Assembly: GCA_964471235.1 (NCBI GenBank)
Contig: CAYYGL010000003.1
Coordinates: forward strand, 1 to 60,859
Direction of reading: 5' to 3'
Source of the DNA: an uncultured Calditrichaceae bacterium
GTDB taxonomy: Bacteria; Calditrichota; Calditrichia; RBG-13-44-9; J075
DNA: 60,859 nt
Positions 1-7,839 of the stretch are shown here, in pieces. Position 1 is the stretch's first letter. Each line of letters starts with the position of its first letter. The translations under genes and the position numbers were made by a program. Under the pieces are notes generated by a model. It had not been told where the DNA came from, did not search any database, and saw only the letters and a list, made by a program, of their open reading frames with translations.

Positions 1-968
1 CCCCGGGGAGTACGAAAAACACCGTTCTCGGTATTCACGGTTAGAAATTCGATGATCCCACGTACCAGGGAAATAGCCGGCACATCGTCAAACAAACCCC
101 AACGGCGGGCATTGACCAGAACCGATCGCAGCACATTGGCATTGACGACCAGGTCCGGCGTCTCCACGATTTCCGGGGCAAACCAGGAGCAGATCCCTCC
201 TTTGGGTAACACGCCGGTGTAATTGACCGACCGTGAAATTTTTTTATTATTGGGAAACTGGTAATAATGAAGTATATCCCAGTACGGGGACGAAAGCAGT
301 TCATGAATCCGCTGCAAGGATTCTTCCGTAAAGCCAACCTGTTTTACCTGTTCCATCATCTCCAACCAATCGGCAAGCATCTCCAAAATCACGAACGTGT
401 CATCGGCATCGGGCTGAATGTTGATTAAATTGGTGTATTTCAGAAAACGTGCCCCGGAAGATTGGGGATTCAATCGAACCTCACTTACAGGAAAAAACTG
501 AAAAACCGTCACCGGCTTACCCTGTAACTGCCAGGTGAGGCTGTTTTCTAAAACCGTCGAGACAATTTTGCTTAACACATCCTGCCAGAAAGTGCGTTCT
601 TCGGAATGGAGGGAGGGGTCGGCTAACATTTTCCGGATGGTCCCGTAAAAATAAAAGTCGGTAAAAAAGGTATGGAAGCGGACAACATTCGAGCCGGTAG
701 TTGGAACACTGTGAGAAAGCCCCTCCCGGTGAAGGGGTTTGAGAAATCGAAGTAGGCGCAGCGGATACATCAGCAGTGTTGTCAACCGTATAACCGAATC
801 CGTACGGCTGATGATGAATTCCTTTAGATCCGATAAACGAAAGTCCGGATCCCCCTGAGGATACACCGCCGCATAACAAGGGAAATAGTGCCATTGCTGC
901 CATTCCCGGGCAATCTGTTGGCGGAGTGTCTCTTTGAACCGGCGAATGGCTTTCAAATTGATATTCAC
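1..968 (-). CDS. Hypothetical protein, 3'-partial (C-terminus lies beyond the left window edge). Possibly an alpha/alpha-toroid protein of the prenyltransferase/squalene-cyclase-repeat type.
   Basis: My own translation of the minus strand shows no stop in 322 codons from GTG at 966-968 down to position 3. It sits 5 nt downstream of the TAG stop (974-976) of the upstream gene. It is absent from the ORF track because there is no in-window stop. Peptide reads VNINLKAIRRFKETLRQQ...NIQPDADDTFVILEMLADW...TPDLVVNANVLRSVL. PDADDTF resembles the DxDDT(A) motif, but that is a weak call. Confidence 0.5.
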   Translation of the reverse strand, partial: MNINLKAIRRFKETLRQQIAREWQQWHYFPCYAAVYPQGDPDFRLSDLKEFIISRTDSVIRLTTLLMYPLRLLRFLKPLHREGLSHSVPTTGSNVVRFHTFFTDFYFYGTIRKMLADPSLHSEERTFWQDVLSKIVSTVLENSLTWQLQGKPVTVFQFFPVSEVRLNPQSSGARFLKYTNLINIQPDADDTFVILEMLADWLEMMEQVKQVGFTEESLQRIHELLSSPYWDILHYYQFPNNKKISRSVNYTGVLPKGGICSWFAPEIVETPDLVVNANVLRSVLVNARRWGLFDDVPAISLVRGIIEFLTVNTENGVFRTPR

Positions 969-973
969 ATTCT

Positions 974-3412
974 CTACCCCTCAAAGTGGATCACGATTTC
1001 TCCCCGGCTGCCATCAACCGTTATCAGTTGTCCATCTCGAACTTTTGTGGTGATACCCGGCACACTGAAAACAGCCGGTTTGTGCATCTCGCGGGCTAAA
1101 ATTGCCGTATGAGATAACATTCCGCCGACCTCGGTAACAATACCGCCGCAGATCGAGAACAATGGCGCCCAGCCGGGATCGGTGGCGGTGGTTACTATCA
1201 CTTCGCCAGGCTGCAAAGAAGCGCCCGGGGCTCGCATCAATTTTGCCGGGCCCGTTATGGTGCCGCTGCTGACCGGTATCCCGGTAAGCCGTTCATCCGC
1301 CGCAGAAAACGGTATTGAACGAGTGGTACCGGTTTGCCCGGCTTTCAAAGATTGGTATCTCTTCATCCGATGTTGAACCTGGTCTTTCAGCTTCCAGGGG
1401 ATTTTCCCACGGAGTAGTTGCTCTACCTCTGTCACCTGTAGAAAGAAAATCTCTTCGGTGGTGCCCAGGAGATGTTGTTGTACCAGAACCCGGGCGATTT
1501 GTAAATATAACCATCTAAGCTGCCCGAAACATTGCATTAGCAGGTGCTTGCTTTTTTCCCGCCATCCCCGGTAGAGAATAAACGCCTGAAAAAGACGTCG
1601 ATTGAGCCACCCGGTGATCGGGGTGGCATTTTCTTGTTCCCTCCCCGGCGATTGCTTTGTGGAGAGATGTTCTTTCTGACGAGAATTCTTTTCTGACCGC
1701 CGGAGAAGTAAACTGCGGATAATACCGAGCACCATCGCCGGGTCTTCCGACCAGCGTGGGGAAGCCAATTCGAATTCATTAAACGCCCGATCCCCGGCTG
1801 CCCGGATAAATTCTTCCAATTGCCTCCGGAATTTCCTGCCGGCAGGGGTGTGGGAGAGTTTTTTCTCAAGTTGGTTAAGATCATTTTCTAAGAAAAGCTC
1901 TTTTAGTGCCCGGTTTTGTTGAATTGTATCCACTAATTCCTCAATACCCGATTCCCAATGGTCTCGCTCAACTGCCCCGTGGGGGTGGTGTGCCAGCAGT
2001 TCATCAAGTACCGTCGTTCGGTTGGCATGGGTTATTCGGGCAGCAAGGGCGCCGTAAGCGCACATTCCCAAAAAAGTCGTTTGCTGATGTACCCGAAACG
2101 CCCGGGCGGTAATACGTAACAGGGTTTGCAAGCCATCTGCCAGCCACTCCTCTTGAGAAGAAGTGGCTCCCTGCCACGCTTGAAATGAATGGTTCACCTC
2201 GTTAAAATGCCGGGTCAGTCGGCGCTCCAGCCAGGCAGGTGACAACAGACCAATCCAGACATAAACATTTTTTAACAGAATGGCAGGGAAACTCTCGCGC
2301 TGATGATGCTCTCGTAGTTGGGGCTTGACCTCACTCAAATCGCACCCGATGCCGCGGGTAAGAATTATTTCTGCCGGAATCCCCAATAGTGCCTGATAAC
2401 TGTCCCACAGCATCTGTAAATCGATATGCGCCAGCCCGTGGTGCAACACTGCCATGCGGCTGGGTCGAACCGGGCGGGCGGGGTCTTCTTCCAATTCCAG
2501 GGTGCGCAGAAATGTTGACCAGGTTAGCGGGGTCACTACTTCCGGCATTATCTCACCGATGTTCGCCCGGGTTAACAGGCGTTCCGGGTTTACCGCTGAA
2601 GACAGGGCAGCCGTTGTGACCGGGCGAGCCTGTAAAATCCGGAAACGGCTGCCATCATAAGCAAACTCGATATCCGCTGCCTGATCCAGCAATTCTTCTA
2701 TCCCAACGGCCATTTCCAACAAGGGTCGCCAGAAATTCTCTTCCCGACCGACTTCAGGGAAATCTGCGGTCAACCGTCGATCGATCATTTCCCGGCTGGA
2801 TTTCTCAAATACCAGCCGGGTGGGTTCCTGTTGCCCGGACATCAGTTCATTTCCCAGGCCGGGAACCGCTTCCACAATTAGCTGATTGGGATTCCCGGTG
2901 ACCGGGTGAACGCTGAAAACCACCCCGGCTAAGACCGGATTCACCATCTCCTGCACAATCAGCGCATAAACAAATGGTTCCGCTTGCCCCCCCATCCCCT
3001 TTTCGTATTGCTGAAGGGCACTTTGCCATGAAGAGCGTATTGCCCGAAACAGTTCCGATTCGTTTTGAACATTCAGTATGCTTTCGAATTGTCCGGCAAA
3101 AGACTGCTCACTGCCGTCTTCCCAGACGGCTGAGGAACGGACTGCAACGTTCCCGGTAGGCAAACACTGTTGACACAACTGTTGATACGCCCGGCGTATT
3201 GCCTGTTGCAGCTCTTCCCGAATTTCGGAATGATCGGGGCTGGTAAACGCTTCCGCATCCAGGATGATGCAAAACCCGGGGGGGACCGGGTAACCGGCTT
3301 GTATCAACCTGCCCAGGGTAAGGGCTTTGGCGCCGGCAACGGGCAAATCCCGCGGGATTTTGTCAAGTAATATCACCCGTTCAGAAGTTGCTTTGGGGAT
3401 ATTCAGGTCCAT
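974..3412 (-). CDS. PEP-utilising (dikinase) family phosphotransferase: N-terminal PEP/pyruvate-binding ATP-grasp domain and C-terminal swivelling His domain, with no TIM-barrel domain (rifampin-phosphotransferase-like layout).
   Basis: 812 aa. The N-terminus GAKALTLGRLIQAGYPVPPGFCI is typical of PPDK_N. The extreme C-terminus GEVIVTTATDPGWAPLFSICGGIVTEVGGMLSHTAILAREMHKPAV is the mobile His-domain signature. It overlaps the upstream UbiA gene by 10 nt. Confidence 0.75.
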   Translation of the reverse strand: MDLNIPKATSERVILLDKIPRDLPVAGAKALTLGRLIQAGYPVPPGFCIILDAEAFTSPDHSEIREELQQAIRRAYQQLCQQCLPTGNVAVRSSAVWEDGSEQSFAGQFESILNVQNESELFRAIRSSWQSALQQYEKGMGGQAEPFVYALIVQEMVNPVLAGVVFSVHPVTGNPNQLIVEAVPGLGNELMSGQQEPTRLVFEKSSREMIDRRLTADFPEVGREENFWRPLLEMAVGIEELLDQAADIEFAYDGSRFRILQARPVTTAALSSAVNPERLLTRANIGEIMPEVVTPLTWSTFLRTLELEEDPARPVRPSRMAVLHHGLAHIDLQMLWDSYQALLGIPAEIILTRGIGCDLSEVKPQLREHHQRESFPAILLKNVYVWIGLLSPAWLERRLTRHFNEVNHSFQAWQGATSSQEEWLADGLQTLLRITARAFRVHQQTTFLGMCAYGALAARITHANRTTVLDELLAHHPHGAVERDHWESGIEELVDTIQQNRALKELFLENDLNQLEKKLSHTPAGRKFRRQLEEFIRAAGDRAFNEFELASPRWSEDPAMVLGIIRSLLLRRSEKNSRQKEHLSTKQSPGREQENATPITGWLNRRLFQAFILYRGWREKSKHLLMQCFGQLRWLYLQIARVLVQQHLLGTTEEIFFLQVTEVEQLLRGKIPWKLKDQVQHRMKRYQSLKAGQTGTTRSIPFSAADERLTGIPVSSGTITGPAKLMRAPGASLQPGEVIVTTATDPGWAPLFSICGGIVTEVGGMLSHTAILAREMHKPAVFSVPGITTKVRDGQLITVDGSRGEIVIHFEG

Positions 3413-4437
3413 ATTCGTTTCACCAAATTCCCTAAAAAACTGTTCATCACCACCTCTTTCCGAAACAGCCCCTTGTGGACAACCAACAGCAGGATGGGTA
3501 GCGCATACAGCCCGTTAAATTTTACCAGAAAAAGCGCCAGAAAGAGGGGCAGAATAATTGTCGGAAAGGGATGATGCAAGAATTGAAAAACGGTTTTACC
3601 GGTTTGAACAAAGGGATTTGGGTCATCTCCCTTGAAGAGTCTGTAAAGAGAATAAAGGTATGCGATTCCAAAAGCTGCCGGGAGAGCATAGAAAACCATC
3701 CCGTATTGCCCGGAAAGGCGCCAGGCAATAAAGGTCATTACAACCATGCCAAGCACCCGTTCGCTCTCCACCACTATCCGAAAAATTTTCCGGGAATGAG
3801 AATGGCCGGCAGAAACAGCAAAGGTGGTGGCGCCGGTTCGGGCATCGGCGTGGTAATCTTCCAACTGGTGATTCAAATCGGAAGCAATTCCCCGCAAGAA
3901 AATATAGAGTGTCAGTAGCACTACATCCAACGGTTCCCGGTAGTGAAAGGCAGCGAAAATCAGCAAAGTGGGCAGCACCCGCTGGGCAAACACCACATCC
4001 ATTAATCCGATGAAACCGCGCTCCTTCAGACGAAAGGGCTTCAGGGAATAGACCGTCGCCAGTATCAGCCAGGTGAACCAGAGCAGGAGAAAGAAGGGTT
4101 GCGTGCAAAAGAACCAGACACTCATTAGCGCCAGGCTCAATACCGCTCCAAAGGAGAAAACAACAAACGAAAAAGGCTCCCCCTGAAACACATTGAGTTT
4201 TCCCTGGGCAGCATCCAACTCCTGATCGGCAAAGTCATTGATCAGGTAACCATACGACGTGGAACTCACACTGAGCAGATAAAAGAGCAGCAGGCTAAGC
4301 AGGAAGTTATTGGAAAAATCATGTGACCGCAGGGCGATGTAAAATGCCAGAAAGATGTGTTCAATAAACGAATTATAAGTAAAAACCGCCCAGTTTCGCC
4401 AGCCGAATGTCTTTTTCAGATAATTTGATAACATCAT
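3403..4437 (-). CDS. UbiA-family polyprenyl(-phosphate) transferase, integral membrane protein.
   Basis: 344 aa and multi-pass hydrophobic. First Asp-rich motif YLINDFADQELDA (NDxxDxxxD); second motif LEDYHADARTG (DxxxD). It has a 4-nt ATGA-type overlap with the upstream gene. Confidence 0.8.
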   Translation of the reverse strand: MMLSNYLKKTFGWRNWAVFTYNSFIEHIFLAFYIALRSHDFSNNFLLSLLLFYLLSVSSTSYGYLINDFADQELDAAQGKLNVFQGEPFSFVVFSFGAVLSLALMSVWFFCTQPFFLLLWFTWLILATVYSLKPFRLKERGFIGLMDVVFAQRVLPTLLIFAAFHYREPLDVVLLTLYIFLRGIASDLNHQLEDYHADARTGATTFAVSAGHSHSRKIFRIVVESERVLGMVVMTFIAWRLSGQYGMVFYALPAAFGIAYLYSLYRLFKGDDPNPFVQTGKTVFQFLHHPFPTIILPLFLALFLVKFNGLYALPILLLVVHKGLFRKEVVMNSFLGNLVKRIWT

Positions 4438-6023
4438 TGTTCATGCCCGTTGCTATTATGAGGGGCGGTTTCTGAACTGTCTTTCTGCGAAATCACAAAC
4501 AGCCGCAGAGTGCCACGGACATCTTCAAACCGGTACTTCTTTTTTTCCGCAAAATGTCTTTCCAGGAAAGAAAGGATGGTTCCTTCCTTTTGGAGGTAGA
4601 AGTCCGCCGACAGACCGGTTTTGACTTCCTCGTGAAACCAGATACGGTGATAGGGAAAGGTGGGATTTAGCAAAACCCTTTCCAGATCGTTATCGGTGAT
4701 CGCATTGGGTTTATTGCGAAACAAATCTTCATACAGCTTTCGGTTGATGTTATAAGGAGATTGGAGGCCGGCATAAAATTTAAAGCGGATAAAGTCTGCC
4801 GGGGGGATAATGAGGAGCACATCCCCGTCCTGCCAGTTCTTCGCAATAATTTGGCTCTTAGTTTTCCAATCCGATTCCTGGTAAGGTTCGGTAATTGCCT
4901 TTTGGGAAAGTTTGCCACTTGCCAGAAAAAATATCAGTAAAACTCCATAACCAATTGCTTTAAAAGGAATCGTGGATATTCCCCGAATGATTAACAGACA
5001 ATAGGCAAACTGAAAGGGAACAAAATATCGTTTTACAAAGATGGGATGAAATTGGGATATTACCCAGAAAGAAACTACCGGCAACAGGTAAATCAGAACA
5101 ATGAACCAATATTCGCTTTCCGTTCGGAGGGCAGGTGAAATTTTTTCTTCCCGCTGGAAGGCAGACAATAAAAAGATGAGGGTAATGGCATATCCGGCTA
5201 AAATTCGATTCGAACGACCTTTAATTATAAAAAAATTCAACTGGGTAATTTGCATCATTAAATCGTACTTGCTGGGTACTCCTTCCATCACACTAATCCA
5301 GCGAGGACTTAAGGTACCACCGGCGGTCAATTGTTTTGCCAGGAAAGGCAATCCCGCCAGAATCACTATCACATAAGGGAGTTGAACAACCAACCATTTT
5401 CGGAAATGTTTTTTTGTCAAGGTTTTTCGAAACATACTACTATAGATGCCAATTAGCCCCTGGGCAATGACAACAAAAATTCCGATGTAATGGGTTGCCA
5501 ACATCAAGGCATTCACCAGCCCGTTAATCCAGAACCATTTCGAATTTTCCCCGGTAAGTATTTTGACGAACGAATAGACCGCCAGGAGCACCAACAATGT
5601 GTCCAGAGCATACATTCTTGCCACGGCGGAAAAAACGACCTGATCGGGCATGATGGCAAAGAAGAAGGTGCTTAATACAATATATGCAGTTTTTTTAAAG
5701 ATGTGCTGAGCCAACCGCAGAAACACAAACAAGCTGATTACCGAGAAGAAGAAAGAGGGCAGACGAATCCACATTTCGGAATAAACGTATTTATTCCAGA
5801 AATGCATGAGCAGGTAAAACAGAGGGGGATGCTTATCCGTTGACAGCACATGTAATAATGATAGAAAATTCTTTTCACCCAGCCAGAAACTCCAGGCTTC
5901 ATCAAAAGAGAGGGGACCGGCAAGTACCAATTTTACACCCCGCAGTACAATACCCAGACAGATGATACCGGCAATGGTATAAGGAACAGCCTTCTCTTTT
6001 CGCAACCAACCGTCAATTGCCAT
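4434..6023 (-). CDS. GT-C fold glycosyltransferase (PMT_2/ArnT-like, GT39/GT83-type).
   Basis: 529 aa with roughly 11-13 predicted TM segments. First-loop acidic motif PLSFDEAWSFW and the DKHPPLFYLLMHFW motif are typical of the ArnT/PMT family. There is a C-terminal soluble domain. Confidence 0.65.
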   Translation of the reverse strand: MAIDGWLRKEKAVPYTIAGIICLGIVLRGVKLVLAGPLSFDEAWSFWLGEKNFLSLLHVLSTDKHPPLFYLLMHFWNKYVYSEMWIRLPSFFFSVISLFVFLRLAQHIFKKTAYIVLSTFFFAIMPDQVVFSAVARMYALDTLLVLLAVYSFVKILTGENSKWFWINGLVNALMLATHYIGIFVVIAQGLIGIYSSMFRKTLTKKHFRKWLVVQLPYVIVILAGLPFLAKQLTAGGTLSPRWISVMEGVPSKYDLMMQITQLNFFIIKGRSNRILAGYAITLIFLLSAFQREEKISPALRTESEYWFIVLIYLLPVVSFWVISQFHPIFVKRYFVPFQFAYCLLIIRGISTIPFKAIGYGVLLIFFLASGKLSQKAITEPYQESDWKTKSQIIAKNWQDGDVLLIIPPADFIRFKFYAGLQSPYNINRKLYEDLFRNKPNAITDNDLERVLLNPTFPYHRIWFHEEVKTGLSADFYLQKEGTILSFLERHFAEKKKYRFEDVRGTLRLFVISQKDSSETAPHNSNGHEQ

Positions 6024-6106
6024 CTACTATCCTTACAAATTTCCTGGTGTTAATCCCACAGGTATCACATATTGCAAATGCAATCAACGAAATAATCGGA
6101 TACAAT

Positions 6107-7801
6107 TTATTTTATCAGGAGGGTTTTTATAACTTGTCTATACCGGTTGCCGAGTGTTGATCGGCTATTACCGGATGTAGATCTCGGGCTTTGGGAAGTT
6201 TCCCGGTTCACCACAAAGGTTACAAAATATATTCCGGATGCCAGCCGTTCCGCATTCCAGGAAACCGAAGATTTACCGGCGGGCAATCTTTTTTTAATAA
6301 TTGTCATTACTCGTTGGCCGGTTACATTAAAGACGCTAATTTTCACATCAGCCGGGAAAGATAATTCCCATTGAATTCGCGCGAAGGAATTAAACGGGTT
6401 GGGGAAAACGGAAAAAAGGGTTTCCGAGGGTGCGGCTGATAATTCATTTTCAACCCCAGTGGTAGATTCCGGTGTAGCAGAAGCAAACGCGGGATCAGCA
6501 TAATTGGGAATGGTATCAAAAGCGAATGCGGCATAATAGTATGTCGTGTTTGCATTCACAACGGTATCTACGAAAATCGTGTCCGTCCCCTGGTAAACCA
6601 GGTCGCCATCGGTCGGAAACCCCGGGAAATGATCCGTTCGTCTCATGATTCGGACTCCGGCATAATCTGCATTTGTCGGTGGCTGCCAACGCAGTTCAAT
6701 TTGCCCGATGCCGGGCTGTGCGGTGAACCCGTTTACCGAATCGGGCGGCAGAAAATCCCCGAACAGTTCTTCGCTATGAAGCACAAATTCTGCCATGTGT
6801 ACATAAGCAGAGTCGGTCAGTTCTGCTTCATAGTTGGCACGGATGGTCTCATTACTGGTGATGCGGCTGTCGGGCCAACTGGCAAACGGACCGCGGTCCC
6901 AGGGATCGCTGATATACACAAATGCTTTGATGCCCGCTTGAGAATGAATTTTATTAAAATACGGGATAAACCAGTTATTCCAGTTGGCGGGGTTGGTAGT
7001 ACCGCCGTTGTGGATTGGATTAGACTCGCAAATCATCACCGGTTTGCCATGGGCAGCGGCATCGGAGAGAAAGCCATCAGCATTGTTGATTTGCGAAGTG
7101 GAAAAATAATTGATCCCCCACCAGTCTACATATTGATCCCCGGGATACCATGCCATATAATTGAACTGATTGGGATTGACCGTATTCCAAACCCAGGCGA
7201 CATTGCGAACAAATTGCTGCTCAAAAACATTGTAAAGGTGTATCCAGATATTCACAAAATCCGCGGCGCTGACATTGGGATCGTTATGAATCCCACTGTT
7301 CCCCCATCCGAACTCGAATCCCGGTCGTACGAACACCGGGCCGTTGACTGCTTTGATTCGCTGGGCAATATCGATAATTCGATAATCCAGGGCGCCGCTT
7401 AAAATGTCCTGAACGGGAATATGAACCGTTCCATTGATCAAATAGGTGCTGTCAAACAGAGCGATTCCGACCAACAGGACGTACGGATTGCCATGCTGGG
7501 TGGTGATATTGATAAAATCGGTGTTGTCCAGGGAATTAAGGGCTGGATCGAGACTGGCATAAACGGAATAAATCACCGGAACTTGATTAACCCCGTTCTG
7601 GTATTCGCTTACATACTGCCAATTTTCGGCATCGCTGTAAAGGATGGAGACATATTGTCCCAGCCCGTGAATGACTCTTCCGGCGGGGGGTTCAAATTTT
7701 TCCCGGGAAAAGAGCGGCTGCCACAGAGTGCTCAGCAACCAGAAAACCAGAAAGCCGTTCAAAAACCGATGACGGCGCTGTTTAGATTGTGCTTCATCCA
7801 T
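6107..7801 (-). CDS. Secreted glycoside hydrolase (clan GH-A, GH26-like) with an FN3-like domain and a T9SS C-terminal sorting domain.
   Basis: 564 aa with an N-terminal signal/anchor FLVFWLLSTLW. VRPGFEFGWGNSG, WVWN, WYPGDQYVDWWGINYF and VMICESNP resemble GH26 catalytic-region motifs. PPDSVNGFTAQPG...ELRWQPP is FN3-like. The C-terminus FPNPFNSFARI...SGIYFVTF...LLIK is a T9SS CTD. Confidence 0.55.
   Translation of the reverse strand: MDEAQSKQRRHRFLNGFLVFWLLSTLWQPLFSREKFEPPAGRVIHGLGQYVSILYSDAENWQYVSEYQNGVNQVPVIYSVYASLDPALNSLDNTDFINITTQHGNPYVLLVGIALFDSTYLINGTVHIPVQDILSGALDYRIIDIAQRIKAVNGPVFVRPGFEFGWGNSGIHNDPNVSAADFVNIWIHLYNVFEQQFVRNVAWVWNTVNPNQFNYMAWYPGDQYVDWWGINYFSTSQINNADGFLSDAAAHGKPVMICESNPIHNGGTTNPANWNNWFIPYFNKIHSQAGIKAFVYISDPWDRGPFASWPDSRITSNETIRANYEAELTDSAYVHMAEFVLHSEELFGDFLPPDSVNGFTAQPGIGQIELRWQPPTNADYAGVRIMRRTDHFPGFPTDGDLVYQGTDTIFVDTVVNANTTYYYAAFAFDTIPNYADPAFASATPESTTGVENELSAAPSETLFSVFPNPFNSFARIQWELSFPADVKISVFNVTGQRVMTIIKKRLPAGKSSVSWNAERLASGIYFVTFVVNRETSQSPRSTSGNSRSTLGNRYRQVIKTLLIK
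6110..6424 (-). other. T9SS (Por) C-terminal sorting domain of the GH26-like protein. It carries an unusual Ser/Arg-rich insert before the last strand.
   Basis: The peptide reads ETLFSVFPNPFNSFARIQWELSFPADVKISVFNVTGQRV...ASGIYFVTFVV, then the insert NRETSQSPRSTSGNSRSTLGNR, then YRQVIKTLLIK. Confidence 0.65.
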
Positions 7802-7839
7802 ACCACTGCCTCCTCTAATATGCAGATAAAATCAGGCGC

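Noticed and set aside
41-984. Track ORFs 41..337 (98 aa) and 517..984 (155 aa) on the minus strand.
   Set aside because: Both are out of frame with a continuous 322-codon open frame (968 to 1) that has normal amino-acid composition. Their own translations are Cys/Arg/Trp/Pro-rich, as expected of shadow frames. 517..984 would also overlap the stop of the upstream gene.
6110-6200. A Ser/Arg-rich insert of about 20 aa (SQSPRSTSGNSRSTLGNR, loosely a tandem SxRSTxGN duplication) inside the T9SS CTD of the GH26-like protein. I considered whether it marks a frameshift or a pseudogene.
   Set aside because: The reading frame is intact and the terminal strand (QVIKTLLIK) is still present. An insertion in a loop or a local slippage duplication is the simplest explanation. 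I cannot judge function from sequence alone.
6629-7402. Long plus-strand ORFs antisense to the minus-strand genes. Examples: 6629..7402 (257 aa), 31925..32629 (234 aa), 37796..38428 (210 aa), 20138..20716 (192 aa), 26201..26734 (177 aa), 48275..48793 (172 aa), 7421..7927 (168 aa), 56764..57267 (167 aa) and 17973..18458 (161 aa).
   Set aside because: Each lies wholly inside a minus-strand gene that has clear family motifs. Their translations are low-complexity or biased (Gly/Arg/Pro/Ile-rich) with no recognisable motif. This is the usual pattern of antisense shadow ORFs in a strongly one-stranded locus.
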